From NCBI GenBank assembly GCA_035294665.1, contig DATGKM010000013.1:31406-95405 (forward strand): a DNA stretch of 64,000 bases, read 5' to 3'. The notes beneath the pieces were generated by a model. That model was given only the letters and a program-made list of their open reading frames with translations. It ran no database searches and was not told the DNA's origin. Positions 28,216 to 38,415 of this stretch are shown here, piece after piece. This stretch comes from Bryobacteraceae bacterium (GTDB lineage Bacteria; Acidobacteriota; Terriglobia; Bryobacterales; Bryobacteraceae). The position numbers were made by a program, and so were the translations under genes. The stretch's first letter is position 1; every line of letters starts with the position of its first letter.

Positions 28216-31164
28216 CGCCTTACTCAAGTACCGCCCCGTATGCGACGCTTTCACCCGCGCCACATCCTCCGGGGTTCCGGCCGCCACCACCTGCCCGCCG
28301 CGCGAGCCTCCCTCCGGCCCCAGATCGATCACCCAATCCGCTGCTTTGATCACCTCCAGATTGTGCTCAATCACCACCAGGCTGCCGCCGTTTTCGATCA
28401 GCCGCTCGAGCGCGGCCAGCAGCTTGGCGATGTCGTCGAAATGCAGGCCGGTGGTCGGCTCGTCGAAGATGAACAGCGTGCCCGCCGAACTGGACATCGC
28501 CAGGTGCGCCGCCAGCTTCACGCGCTGCGCTTCGCCGCCGGAAAGCGTGGTCGCCGATTGGCCCAGCCGCAGATATCCCAAACCCACATCGTCCAGCACC
28601 TTGAGCTTGTCCACCAGCTTGGGCGTCGCGTGGAAAAACCCAAGCGCCTCGCGCACGGTCAATTGCAGCACTTCATGCACGTTCAGCCCGTTGTACTTAA
28701 TCTCCAGAATGCCGCTCTTGAAGCGTGTGCCCTTGCATTCGTCGCACACCAGCTCCACGTCCGCCAGAAACTGCATCTCCACCGTCACGGTGCCATCGCC
28801 CTGGCAGGCTTCGCAGCGGCCGCCGGGAATGTTGAACGAGAAGTGCCCGGCCGTGTAGCCGCGCCGCTCGGCTTCGCGCGTGGAGGCGAACAAGCCGCGG
28901 ATCGTATCGAACGCTTTGATATACGTAATCGGGTTCGAGCGCGGCGTGCGGCCGATGGGAGCCTGGTCGATCATCACCGTGTTCCGCACCCGCTCGGCGC
29001 CGTCGATCTTTTTGCACGAGATGCGCGGCGCCGCATCCAGCGCTTCGGCGGCTTCGTCGAATTCCGGCTCGTGGTCCGCCTCGCGCGCTTTGTGTAATGC
29101 TTCGAGAGAGCGGAAGATCACGTCGTGCACCAGCGTCGATTTGCCCGAGCCGGAAACCCCGGTGATCGCCACCAGCATGTTCAAGGGAATCTCGACATCG
29201 ATGTTCTTCAGGTTATGCGCGCGCGCGCCCGAAAACCGCAGCACGTTTTTCGGATGGAACGGCCGGCGCGCGCGCGCCGCGGCCACCCGCGCTTCCCCGC
29301 GCAGATAGCGCGCGGTCAGCGAAGCGGCGCCATTGCCGGTCAATGTAGCCAGCGGTCCTTCGAAGACCACGCGCCCGCCATGCTCGCCCGCGCCGGGGCC
29401 GAGATCGACAATATGATCCGCCGCCTGCATCACTTCCGGATCGTGCTCCACTACCACGATCGTGTTGCCCAGCCCACGCAGCTCCTTCAGAATCCGAATC
29501 AGCCTTCCCGTATCGCGGCTGTGCAGACCGATCGAAGGCTCGTCCAGCACGTAGCAGGCGCCCACCAGCCGCGACCCCAAACAAGTCGCGAGCTGGATCC
29601 GCTGCGCTTCGCCGCCGGAAAGCGTGGCCGAAAGCCGGTCGAAGGTCAGGTAATCGAGGCCGACATCGTTCAGAAATTTCAGCCGCTGCTGGATTTCGAG
29701 CAGAATTTTATCGGCAATCGCGCTTTCTTCCGGCGTCAATTCCAGCTTTCCGAAAAACTCCCGCGCCTCCGCCAGGTTCATCTTGAGCACTTCGCCCAGA
29801 TTCTTTCCGCCCACCCGTACGTACAGCGCTTCTTTGCGCAGGCGCGCGCCCTTGCACTCCGGACACAGCGCGTAGCCGCGATAACGGCTCAGAAAAACCC
29901 GCACGTGCAGTTTGTATTTCTTGGTTTCGAGGAAATCGAAGAAGCGGCGGATGAATTCTTCCAGGCTGGCGCGCTCGCTTTCGTTCAGATCGCATACCGG
30001 CACGTGGAACCGCACCTTGCGGGCCGATTTCTGGAAATTCCCGAGCCACGACCGGTACTTCGGCTTCGTCCACGGCTCCACCGCCCCCTTGTCCAGCGAA
30101 AGCGTGGGATCGGGAATCACCCGGTTCATGTCGAAATCGATCGTATTGCCGAAGCCCTGGCAGCGCGGGCAGGCGCCGAACGGCGAGTTGAAGCTGAACA
30201 GAATCGGCTCGGGCACGCTGAATTCCATGCCGCACGTCTTGCACTGGAACTTCTCGTTGAAGCGCAAAGGGCGGCCGCCGCCCGCGGGTTCAAAAATCAC
30301 CTCGCCGCCTTCGCGGAAGCAGATTTCGATGGTGTCCACCAGGCGCTGATGCAGATCGGGCGCAATCGCGATGCGATCCACCAGCACGAACACCGGCTGC
30401 GAAAAATCGATATCCAGCAGCGATTCGGGCGTGGAAAATTCGAACGTGCGGCCGTTCTGGAACAGCCGGCTGAAGCCCTTTTTGCGCAGCTCGAAAAGCT
30501 GGTCGCGCGGAATTTGCGTCTGCGGAACGCCTTGCGCTGGGGGGGCATCCTCCGCCGCATGGCTCACCGGGAATAGCGCATACCAGCGCGATCCCGCCGG
30601 CTGCGCCAGCATCCGCGCCGCTACTTCATCCACCGAGTCTTGTTTAACCTGCGTGCCGCACTTGGGACAGAACGTCCGGCCCACGCGCGCAAACAGCAAA
30701 CGCAGAAAATCGTAGCATTCGGTGGAAGTCGCCACGGTCGATCGCGGATTACGGCTGGTGTTTTTCTGGCGGATGGCCACCGCCGGCGCGATGCCATCGA
30801 TTTCGTCCACCTCCGGCTTTTCCATCCGCTCCAGGAACTGCCGGGCGTAGGCGGAAAGCGATTCCACGTAGCGCCGCTGTCCTTCGGCGTAAATCGTATC
30901 GAACGCCAGCGAAGATTTACCCGAGCCGGATACACCTGTAATGACCGTCAACTGGTTGTGCGGAATATCGAGCGAGATGTTCTTCAGGTTGTGGACCCGC
31001 GCGCCGCGGATCCGTAGAAAGTCTTGCACGCGTGTTCCGGGAGTTACAACCCCAGTATAGCCGCGGCCTCGGGCGTGCCCGGCCGGCGATCCCCGGACCG
31101 GTGCGATCGCACCGGTGGGATCCGAGCTTACTTCTTTGTTTTCAATAAATCGGTTCTTTTCCAC
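28189..31164 (-). CDS. uvrA: excinuclease ABC subunit A
   Basis: [31 protein letters not shown], zinc-finger CxxC pairs and a second ABC module. The N-terminus is about 50 aa longer than usual, so the true start may be internal. Confidence 0.9.
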   Translation of the reverse strand: MEKNRFIENKEVSSDPTGAIAPVRGSPAGHARGRGYTGVVTPGTRVQDFLRIRGARVHNLKNISLDIPHNQLTVITGVSGSGKSSLAFDTIYAEGQRRYVESLSAYARQFLERMEKPEVDEIDGIAPAVAIRQKNTSRNPRSTVATSTECYDFLRLLFARVGRTFCPKCGTQVKQDSVDEVAARMLAQPAGSRWYALFPVSHAAEDAPPAQGVPQTQIPRDQLFELRKKGFSRLFQNGRTFEFSTPESLLDIDFSQPVFVLVDRIAIAPDLHQRLVDTIEICFREGGEVIFEPAGGGRPLRFNEKFQCKTCGMEFSVPEPILFSFNSPFGACPRCQGFGNTIDFDMNRVIPDPTLSLDKGAVEPWTKPKYRSWLGNFQKSARKVRFHVPVCDLNESERASLEEFIRRFFDFLETKKYKLHVRVFLSRYRGYALCPECKGARLRKEALYVRVGGKNLGEVLKMNLAEAREFFGKLELTPEESAIADKILLEIQQRLKFLNDVGLDYLTFDRLSATLSGGEAQRIQLATCLGSRLVGACYVLDEPSIGLHSRDTGRLIRILKELRGLGNTIVVVEHDPEVMQAADHIVDLGPGAGEHGGRVVFEGPLATLTGNGAASLTARYLRGEARVAAARARRPFHPKNVLRFSGARAHNLKNIDVEIPLNMLVAITGVSGSGKSTLVHDVIFRSLEALHKAREADHEPEFDEAAEALDAAPRISCKKIDGAERVRNTVMIDQAPIGRTPRSNPITYIKAFDTIRGLFASTREAERRGYTAGHFSFNIPGGRCEACQGDGTVTVEMQFLADVELVCDECKGTRFKSGILEIKYNGLNVHEVLQLTVREALGFFHATPKLVDKLKVLDDVGLGYLRLGQSATTLSGGEAQRVKLAAHLAMSSSAGTLFIFDEPTTGLHFDDIAKLLAALERLIENGGSLVVIEHNLEVIKAADWVIDLGPEGGSRGGQVVAAGTPEDVARVKASHTGRYLSKALLMSEPRP

Positions 31165-31203
31165 CGGTGAAGTGCGCCGGTGGAAAGGCCCGGTGTGTGT
31201 GTG

Positions 31204-33402
31204 CTACCGCCGCGCGAACCGGATCGCCGCATCCACAACGCCATGCGCTGTGTACGGTTTCTGCAGGAAGCCGGCGATTCCGGGGCCGAAACGCGCGCGC
31301 GTTTCCTCTTCGCCGTAGCCGCTCGAGACCAGCACCGGCACGGACGGGTCGATCGCGCTGAGCAATTCCAGGGTCTCCGCGCCGCTCAAGCCCGGCATGG
31401 TCATATCCAGCAAAACCAGCGAGATTTCGGCGTGGCGGCGGCGGAACTGCTCCACCGCCTCGCGCCCATTGGCGCACGACAGAACGCGGAAACCGCGATG
31501 CCGCAGAGCCGCGCCGGCAGTAGTGCGCACCAGTGCTTCATCATCCACCACCAGCACCAGGCCGCTGGCGGCCCGCGCGGGTTCCGCGGCATTGCCATTT
31601 GCCGCCGGGGCCCGGTGGGCTTGCAGCGGGAAAAATATGGTGAACCGCGTGCCTTCCCCCGGTTTCGATTCCACCTCGATGCCGCCCCCATGCGACCGCA
31701 CGATCCCCAACACCGCGGAAAGCCCCAGCCCCCGGCCAGTGAACTTCGTTGTGAAAAACGGCTCGAACATCCGCTTTTGCGTCGCCTCGTCTATACCGGC
31801 GCCGGTGTCCTCGACTTCGAGCGAAACGAAATCGCCGGGCGGAATCTCTCCCAGCAGCGAATCGCGCGGCCGGTCCAGCCGCACCCGCCGCGTCCGCAGC
31901 GTTACCGTCCCCTCGCGCGCAATCGCCTCGCAAGCGTTGATCGCCAGGTTCATGATGAGCTGCTGCAACTGGCCGCGGTCGGATTCGATGTTCATTCCAC
32001 TCTCTCCCAGTTCGAGCACGAAACGCACGTCCTTCGGCGCCGACGCCTTTACCAGGGCTACAATCTCCCGCACCTGCAGCGACAAATCCACCGGCTCGAC
32101 TACGAAGTTGCCCCGGCCCGAGTAGGCCAGCATCTGGCGGGTAAGCTGGGACGCGCGCTCGCTGGCCTGCATGACCATTTCCGCCACCGCAAACAGCGGC
32201 GATTCGCGCGGCAGCCCTTCCACCAGCATGCTGGCGCCGCCCAAAATGCCGGTCAGCAGGTTGTTGAAGTCGTGCGCGATGCCGCCCGCCAGAATGCCCA
32301 GGCTTTCCAGCTTGGCCGATTCCCGGAACTTCTCCTCCATCTGCTCGGCCGTCTTGCGCTCGGTGATGTCCCGGTGGTTGAAGACCACCGCGCCGATATC
32401 CCGATCGGCCGTCATATCGGAAATCACGCCCTCGATCCACCGCCATTCGCCATTTTTGTGAAGCATGCGCACCTGCACCGGCATGGCGCACCCGGGCCGG
32501 GCGGACGCTTCCCGCCACACCTCCAGCGCCCCGGCCACGTCCTCGGCATGAATCAGCTCGAAGACGTCGCGCCCGTAAATTTCCGCGGTGCCGTATCCCA
32601 GCACCTTCGAAATCGCCGGGTTGCCGTACTCGATTTTGCCCCGCGCGTCCAACAGCGCGATACCGTCGGCGCTATGTTCCACCAGCGCGCGGAAGCGCCG
32701 CTCGGTCCGATACTGCTCGCGTACCCGGGCCACCACGCGGCGCGCCGGTTCGGGGATCGTGGCGCGCTCGATCCCCCCGTTCCGCTCGCCCCCGCTCCGC
32801 TCTGTATTGTCAACCGGGAAAGTCGCCTTCGTATGCACTTGCACGATAGGTTCAACGGCGCGCTCTTCGAAATTTTCGTCCAGGACATCGATCGGATATC
32901 CGCAGAGCAGCCCGATTCCTTCCGCCTCGACCAGTTTGCTCCAAAGCTGCTCCAGCTTTACGGCCGCCGCCACGTGGCCGGCTTGCCAGAGCAACCCCAC
33001 CACTTCGTGGCAAACCCGGCACGCGCGGCCGCCACTGGCCACCCGCACCCTCTCGATGAGCGGCAGCATCGTGGACATGAACTGGTACTCATCCGGCCAC
33101 ACCCCCACCAGGAAACGGTTGAGCGTCGATTGCGCGTCCTCAAGGACCAGCCGCCCGCTTTTCCGCGCCGCCGCGGCATCGATTCCCAGCGCTTCGAGTT
33201 CACCCGTAACCGCTTGAACATGCTCCTCGGTCAGAATGCCGAGAACGCCTTCTCCATCTTTCAACCCGTTGGCCGCATAGCTGCCTATGTTCCGCGCCAA
33301 CAATCGCGTATCGTTGCCGTAAAACTCCACCCGATGCCGGGGCTCTTCGGGGCGCAGAGCCGGTTGCCCGTCGGCCATGTCCCCGATTATTTCGCATTTC
33401 AT
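31204..33402 (-). CDS. hybrid sensor histidine kinase/response regulator with MEDS and PAS domains
   Basis: MEDS-like N-terminus (HRVEFYGND...GLKDGEGVL...LLCGYP), PAS, HisKA (GGIAHDFNNLL), HATPase and C-terminal REC (VLVVDDE...LLDMTMPG). Start choice (ATG 33402) is uncertain. Confidence 0.8.
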   Translation of the reverse strand: MKCEIIGDMADGQPALRPEEPRHRVEFYGNDTRLLARNIGSYAANGLKDGEGVLGILTEEHVQAVTGELEALGIDAAAARKSGRLVLEDAQSTLNRFLVGVWPDEYQFMSTMLPLIERVRVASGGRACRVCHEVVGLLWQAGHVAAAVKLEQLWSKLVEAEGIGLLCGYPIDVLDENFEERAVEPIVQVHTKATFPVDNTERSGGERNGGIERATIPEPARRVVARVREQYRTERRFRALVEHSADGIALLDARGKIEYGNPAISKVLGYGTAEIYGRDVFELIHAEDVAGALEVWREASARPGCAMPVQVRMLHKNGEWRWIEGVISDMTADRDIGAVVFNHRDITERKTAEQMEEKFRESAKLESLGILAGGIAHDFNNLLTGILGGASMLVEGLPRESPLFAVAEMVMQASERASQLTRQMLAYSGRGNFVVEPVDLSLQVREIVALVKASAPKDVRFVLELGESGMNIESDRGQLQQLIMNLAINACEAIAREGTVTLRTRRVRLDRPRDSLLGEIPPGDFVSLEVEDTGAGIDEATQKRMFEPFFTTKFTGRGLGLSAVLGIVRSHGGGIEVESKPGEGTRFTIFFPLQAHRAPAANGNAAEPARAASGLVLVVDDEALVRTTAGAALRHRGFRVLSCANGREAVEQFRRRHAEISLVLLDMTMPGLSGAETLELLSAIDPSVPVLVSSGYGEEETRARFGPGIAGFLQKPYTAHGVVDAAIRFARR

Positions 33403-33446
33403 TGCCCTTTGTGCGTAAGCCGGGCAACAAAACTTACGGATGATCC

Positions 33447-34466
33447 ATGCCGGCAATCTGTGCGGCAACTCACGCCGTCTGGGCGATAATGAAGAGCGCT
33501 TCCCGTATGAGCAAATACCCCAAACGCCCGCTGGACTTCGCAAACCTGCGCACGGTTGGCTTACGAGAGAGGGGCGGCAAGGTAAAGGCCGCGGATTTTG
33601 CGGCGCCCTACCGCAAAGGGTCCGGCTTGAGCGGCTGGCTGGGAGCGCTGCCGCGGATTCTGGCGGGCAATTCGTTTCGCGCGGTGCTCGAAGCGATTGC
33701 CGGCGCCCGGCGTGACGGGCGGGCCCTGGTTTGGGGCTTGGGCGGCCATGTGATCAAGTGCGGCCTCGCGCCGGTGCTGATCGACCTGATGCGCCGCGGC
33801 TATGTCACCGCCTTTGCGCTCAACGGTTCCGCCGCCATTCACGATTTCGAAATCGCCCTGGCCGGCCACACCAGCGAAGACGTGGAAGCCGTATTGCCGG
33901 ATGGCCGCTTCGGCTCGGCGGAAGAGACCGGCCGCGAAATGAACCGCGCCATTTGCGCCGGCGACAAAGCGGGCCTGGGCATGGGCGAGGCGCTGGGTCT
34001 CTGGCTCGAATCGGCCGCCGCGCCCGAGTACGCCGGATCGAGTTTGCTGCTCGAGGCGTACCGCCATGGCACGCCGGTGACGGTTCATGTGGCGATTGGC
34101 ACCGATACCCCGCACTTGCACCCGGCCGCGGAAGGCGCGGCCATAGGCAGCGCCACGCATCGCGATTTCCGCCTGCTGTGCGCGTATCTGGCGGAGCTGG
34201 ACCAGGGCGGCGTGTATTGCAACTGCGGCTCGGCCGTGGTGCTCCCCGAAGTATTTCTGAAAGCTATTTCCGGCCTGCGCAATCTCGGCTTTCCCCTCAC
34301 AGGCTTCACCACCGTCAACCTCGATTTCCTGCAGCATTACCGGCCGCGCCTGAATGTAGTGGAACGGCCACATGCCGCCAGCGGCGGAATGGGGTATGCC
34401 ATTACCGGCCACCACGAGTTGCTGATCTCCTTGCTGGCTGCGTGCATTATAGAAATGGAAGCATGA
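33447..34466 (+). CDS. hypothetical protein, possibly deoxyhypusine-synthase-like fold
   Basis: GGHVIKCGLAPVLIDLMRRGYVTAFALNGSAAIHDFEIAL resembles the DHS-family core as I remember it. The start may be at 33489 or 33510. Confidence 0.35.
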   Translation: MPAICAATHAVWAIMKSASRMSKYPKRPLDFANLRTVGLRERGGKVKAADFAAPYRKGSGLSGWLGALPRILAGNSFRAVLEAIAGARRDGRALVWGLGGHVIKCGLAPVLIDLMRRGYVTAFALNGSAAIHDFEIALAGHTSEDVEAVLPDGRFGSAEETGREMNRAICAGDKAGLGMGEALGLWLESAAAPEYAGSSLLLEAYRHGTPVTVHVAIGTDTPHLHPAAEGAAIGSATHRDFRLLCAYLAELDQGGVYCNCGSAVVLPEVFLKAISGLRNLGFPLTGFTTVNLDFLQHYRPRLNVVERPHAASGGMGYAITGHHELLISLLAACIIEMEA

Positions 34467-35272
34467 ATTCCGAGCAGCCGTTCGAGCCGTTAGGAATGCC
34501 ACCCCGGCCGGAGCCGCCGGGGAGGCCGGTGGCGGCTCCGGCGCCACCGGAAGCGCCGGCCCCACCGCCGCGCGAGCCCTTCTGGGGCTATTCGGATGTG
34601 CTGGTGTTCGTGGGATTGCTGCTGGCCGCGGCCGTCGTCAGCCTGGGCGGGGCCGCCGCGATCTTCAGCTTTCTCCCGGCGCGCGATCAATCCCAGGTGG
34701 CCGAGGCGCTGATTGCGCAATCCCTGATTTATGTGCTGGCCTATGGCGCGCTGGCCGTGCTCTTCCACATCCACTACGATCGCCCTTTCTGGAGCTCGAT
34801 GGGCTGGAAGAGCCTCAAAATTCCCGCGCCGGTAATCGTCCTGGCCGGCGCCGGCACGGCTATCGCCGTGGCGTACATTGGCGTGCTGATTCGCACTCCC
34901 ACTACCAGCAACCGCATCACGGAGATGCTGGAAAATCCGCGCACTCTCATTTGGGTGGCGCTTTTCGGACTAACGCTCGCGCCCGTTGCGGAGGAACTGG
35001 GTTTCCGCGGTTTGCTGCAGCCGCTGCTGGTGCGCAGCTTCGGGCCGGCGCCCGGGATTCTCGGCGCGGCCATCCCGTTTGGCCTGCTGCATTTTTCCGA
35101 GTACGGCAACTCCTGGCGGCACGCCCTGCTCATCTCCATGGCCGGCGCGGCCTTCGGCTGGATGCGCTATCGCACCGGCTCCACCAAAGCCTCCGCCCTA
35201 ATGCACGCCTCCTATAACGCGCTCGAATTCGTGGCTTTCATTTCGCAGCAGAAGGAATTCCACCATCCATGA
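34463..35272 (+). CDS. CPBP-family intramembrane glutamic endopeptidase (CAAX protease-like)
   Basis: [15 protein letters not shown] and HASYNA motifs. ATG overlaps the upstream TGA (ATGA). Confidence 0.8.
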   Translation: MNSEQPFEPLGMPPRPEPPGRPVAAPAPPEAPAPPPREPFWGYSDVLVFVGLLLAAAVVSLGGAAAIFSFLPARDQSQVAEALIAQSLIYVLAYGALAVLFHIHYDRPFWSSMGWKSLKIPAPVIVLAGAGTAIAVAYIGVLIRTPTTSNRITEMLENPRTLIWVALFGLTLAPVAEELGFRGLLQPLLVRSFGPAPGILGAAIPFGLLHFSEYGNSWRHALLISMAGAAFGWMRYRTGSTKASALMHASYNALEFVAFISQQKEFHHP

Positions 35273-36312
35273 TCGAAACCATTCAGTGGACCGCCAATGG
35301 CGTCGTGATGATCGACCAGCGGCGGCTGCCGCTTGAAGAGAAGTACGTCACCTGCGGCAGCTATGAAGAGGTTGCCGAGGCCATCCGCAACATGACGATT
35401 CGCGGCGCGCCGGCCATCGGTGTAGCCGCGGCCATGGGCGTCGCGCTGGGAGTAATGCAGGCGGCCGAAGCCCAGCTCGATGCGCGGTTCGCCACAATCT
35501 GCGAAACCCTGGCCCAAACCCGCCCTACCGCCGTCAACCTGTTCTGGGCTATCGATCGCATGCGGCGGCACTACGCTTCCCTGCGCGGCCAGCCGATCGC
35601 CGCCATTCGCCGCCGCATGATCGAAGAAGCGCTGCGCATCCGCGAAGAGGATATCGCCATCTGCCGGGCCATCGGCCGCCACGGGGCGCCGCTGGTGCCC
35701 GATGGCGCGACCGTGCTCACCCACTGCAACGCGGGCGCTCTCGCCACGGCGGGCTACGGCACCGCCCTCGGCGTGATCCGCGCGGCCGTCGAGAGCGGCA
35801 AGCGCGTGGACGTCTTCGCCGATGAAACCCGCCCTTTCCTGCAGGGAGCGCGGCTCACCGTTTGGGAATTGCAGCAGGATGGCATCTCGACCACCCTGAT
35901 CACCGACAACATGGCCGGCCATTTTCTCAAGTCCGGCCGCATCGGCTGCGTAGTGGTGGGGGCCGACCGCATCGCCGCCAATGGCGACGTGGCCAACAAA
36001 ATCGGCACCTATTCGGTGGCCGTGCTGGCCAAGGAGAACGGCGTGCCTTTTTTCGTGGCCGCGCCCATTTCCACGCTCGATCTCACGCTTTCTTCGGGCG
36101 ATGCCATTCCGATTGAACAGCGCGCCGCCTCCGAAGTGACGCATGTGTTTGGCCGGCCCGTCGCCCCCGAAGGGACCTGCGCCGCCAATCCGGCCTTCGA
36201 TGTCACTCCCGCCCGTTATGTCTCGGCGATTATCACCGAAAACGGCGTGGCGCGCGCGCCTTATGAGGAATCGCTGAAACGGGTTTCTCTTCGCGGCCAA
36301 ACCGCTCCCTGA
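35269..36312 (+). CDS. mtnA: S-methyl-5-thioribose-1-phosphate isomerase
   Basis: [26 protein letters not shown] and [18 protein letters not shown] motifs. ATGA overlap with the CPBP gene. Confidence 0.88.
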   Translation: MIETIQWTANGVVMIDQRRLPLEEKYVTCGSYEEVAEAIRNMTIRGAPAIGVAAAMGVALGVMQAAEAQLDARFATICETLAQTRPTAVNLFWAIDRMRRHYASLRGQPIAAIRRRMIEEALRIREEDIAICRAIGRHGAPLVPDGATVLTHCNAGALATAGYGTALGVIRAAVESGKRVDVFADETRPFLQGARLTVWELQQDGISTTLITDNMAGHFLKSGRIGCVVVGADRIAANGDVANKIGTYSVAVLAKENGVPFFVAAPISTLDLTLSSGDAIPIEQRAASEVTHVFGRPVAPEGTCAANPAFDVTPARYVSAIITENGVARAPYEESLKRVSLRGQTAP

Positions 36313-36330
36313 GAAGCTGGGAAATATCGG

Positions 36331-36786
36331 CTATTTTTGCTCGGCCGGGGTTGTGGTCATGGGTCCCATGCCGACGATTTCCAGGACGCACTCGGTATCC
36401 TTGGCCCCGTCGTAGTGGATCTTGCCTGCCAAATCCACGACATAGCTTCCAGCGGGCGCCGGAAAGGTGCTGGCGGGATCATATTTCGGGCCAGTGCCAA
36501 TCCACCAGGTACCCGAAAGGACCGTGATGTATCGATCGGTTGAGTGAAAGTGGGGGCGGCTCATGTTTCCGGGATGCCACTTGATCAGTTGGATGTAGAT
36601 TCCGGGCTTGGAAGGATCGCCTTGGACCGTGGCGGTATCCGCACCAGGCCCTTTTCGCCAAACGATGTTGTCTGGAGCGGTGTAGGTGACAACTTTCGGG
36701 TCGGGCTCGGCGGCTCGACCAGGAACCAAAATGAAAGCACCAGCAGCCAGCAAGGCTAACGAAATAGCGGTTCGTAGGTTGAACAT
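36331..36786 (-). CDS. secreted cupin-domain protein
   Basis: Signal peptide. HFHSTDRYITVLSGTWW cupin motif. Confidence 0.6.
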   Translation of the reverse strand: MFNLRTAISLALLAAGAFILVPGRAAEPDPKVVTYTAPDNIVWRKGPGADTATVQGDPSKPGIYIQLIKWHPGNMSRPHFHSTDRYITVLSGTWWIGTGPKYDPASTFPAPAGSYVVDLAGKIHYDGAKDTECVLEIVGMGPMTTTPAEQK

Positions 36787-36869
36787 AGTTCCTAATCTAT
36801 CGCAAGACTGAAGAATCCCCGGCCGAGCCGCGACCCTCGGGAAGCGGCCTTGCCTGCTCGCATGATAAT

Positions 36870-37403
36870 TTGAAGCTCATGCCCACTGTGAAACGCCTTA
36901 CCGTCGCGGCTTTGCTGTGCGCCGCCGGATTCATCTCCGCCGCTTGGCTGCGCGCCGCGGATGCCAGCCGCCGCGCCCCCGGATTTTCCCTGCCCGATTT
37001 GAAAACGCAGCAGCACGATCTGGCGGATTATCGCGGCCGGCCCGTCATCCTCGAGTTCATCCAGACCACCTGCCCGCATTGCAACGCCTTCGCCAGCGTG
37101 CTGGCCGGCGTGCAGCAGAAATACGGCGATCGCATCGCCATAGTAGCCATCGTCAATCCGCCCGACGACCAGACCAAAGTCGCGGGCTATATAGCCAGCC
37201 ATAAGATCGCTTATCCGATCCTGTTCGATTGCGGGCAGGTAGCCTATTCTTATCTGCGCAAGCCGTCTTTCGATATTCCGCACGTCTACCTGATCGACGC
37301 TAATGGCGGCATTCGCGAAGATTTCGGCTATAGCGATTCCACCAAAGACATTTTCGAAGGCAAAGGTATCTTTCCGCACCTGGAAGCCTTACTGAAGAAG
37401 TAG
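36870..37403 (+). CDS. TlpA-like thiol:disulfide oxidoreductase (redoxin), paralog of 14838..15398
   Basis: FIQTTCPHCNAF CxxC motif. Signal-like N-terminus. ATG 36879 is an alternative start. Confidence 0.75.
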   Translation: MKLMPTVKRLTVAALLCAAGFISAAWLRAADASRRAPGFSLPDLKTQQHDLADYRGRPVILEFIQTTCPHCNAFASVLAGVQQKYGDRIAIVAIVNPPDDQTKVAGYIASHKIAYPILFDCGQVAYSYLRKPSFDIPHVYLIDANGGIREDFGYSDSTKDIFEGKGIFPHLEALLKK

Positions 37404-37467
37404 GCCGCGCTCGTCTCCGGAGAAGCAGGCCGCTCTTCCGGGTTACTGTTAGATTGGAAGGAGCGGC

Positions 37468-38082
37468 ATGAAATCTTTCTCCGCGGCACATACTCGATTT
37501 ACACCTGCCTGGATTGCTGTTCTGGCGCTGGGTTTCTGCGCGCCCGGTTTGCCCCCGCGGGCCAGCGCCCAGGGGCAGGTTTCCGTTGGCTTGCCTCCCG
37601 ATTGGGATGCGGGGGTGATTATCGGCGAAATGGGCAATCACGCCGCCCGCCTGGCGCCCACGCTGAACAAGATCGACGCGAAGGCATGGGTGGCGCAGGG
37701 CGCTTCGGAAACCTACGCGGCGCAACTACAGTCCGCCAAAGACCAGGCGGCGGCCATTGCGGCGGAAGCCAAAACTCTTTCCCGCAACCCCGAAAAGCTC
37801 TCCGGCTGCCTGGAGTTTTTCTTCCGCATCCAGGGGCTGGAAGAAATGATCGATTCCCTCACCGGCGCGGTGCGCAAATACCAGAGCCCCGCGCTGGCCG
37901 AAGAACTGGCGGCGCAATGGGCGGAAAACGGCGCCAACCGCGACCGGTTCCAAATCTATATCGTGACCCTCGCCGAGCAGCGCGAGCAGGAGTGCGCCGT
38001 CATGGATAAGGAAGCGCAACGGTGCCGCTCCGTAATTGCCACGCAGCCGCCCTCCAACGTTTCGACAGGAAGGAAGAAGTAG
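37468..38082 (+). CDS. secreted alpha-helical hypothetical protein
   Basis: Signal peptide ...PRASA|QGQ. Ala/Gln/Glu-rich body. No motif recognised. Confidence 0.5.
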   Translation: MKSFSAAHTRFTPAWIAVLALGFCAPGLPPRASAQGQVSVGLPPDWDAGVIIGEMGNHAARLAPTLNKIDAKAWVAQGASETYAAQLQSAKDQAAAIAAEAKTLSRNPEKLSGCLEFFFRIQGLEEMIDSLTGAVRKYQSPALAEELAAQWAENGANRDRFQIYIVTLAEQREQECAVMDKEAQRCRSVIATQPPSNVSTGRKK

Positions 38083-38089
38083 TCCCCCG

Positions 38090-38374
38090 ATGGCATTTTA
38101 TTGCAGTATCTGCGGCGAGGAATCCATGCACATCTGCGCTCGCTGCACCAAGGACACTTGCCGCAATCATTTGTGCGAGCGCTGCCAGCGCTGCTCCGAT
38201 TGCTGCGAATGCGAAGTGGCGCTGGAGGAACCGGTGCGGGAACCGGCCCGCGCCGTTTTCCGCGCGTCCGTGGCCGGCTCGCACCCCGTGCCCGATCCCG
38301 AGCCGCCCGTTCCCCCACCCGGCCCCGATCCGTTCCCGCCGGAAGATCCGGAACCCGGGCCGATCATGCCGTAG
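38090..38374 (+). CDS. small Cys-rich / Pro-rich hypothetical protein
   Basis: MAFYCSICGEESMHICARCTKDTCRNHLCERCQRCSDCCECE has 11 Cys in 41 aa, followed by a PDPEPPVPPPGPDPFPPEDPEPGP tail. The start lies 7 nt after the preceding stop. Confidence 0.45.
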   Translation: MAFYCSICGEESMHICARCTKDTCRNHLCERCQRCSDCCECEVALEEPVREPARAVFRASVAGSHPVPDPEPPVPPPGPDPFPPEDPEPGPIMP

Positions 38375-38415
38375 AAGCGGGGCACGTGTCTGGCGCTCCG
38401 CTCTCTAGATTGGGA

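Noticed and set aside
31180-33489. 769-aa plus-strand ORF opposite the hybrid histidine kinase
   Set aside because: Shadow ORF. The minus strand carries clear MEDS/PAS/HisKA/HATPase/REC motifs, whereas the plus-frame product is Arg/His/Pro-rich with no motifs.
33731-34462. N-terminal 244 codons of the 513-aa track ORF in the CPBP frame
   Set aside because: It overlaps the better-supported 33447-34466 ORF. CPBP-like sequence starts only at ATG 34463 ([10 protein letters not shown]...).
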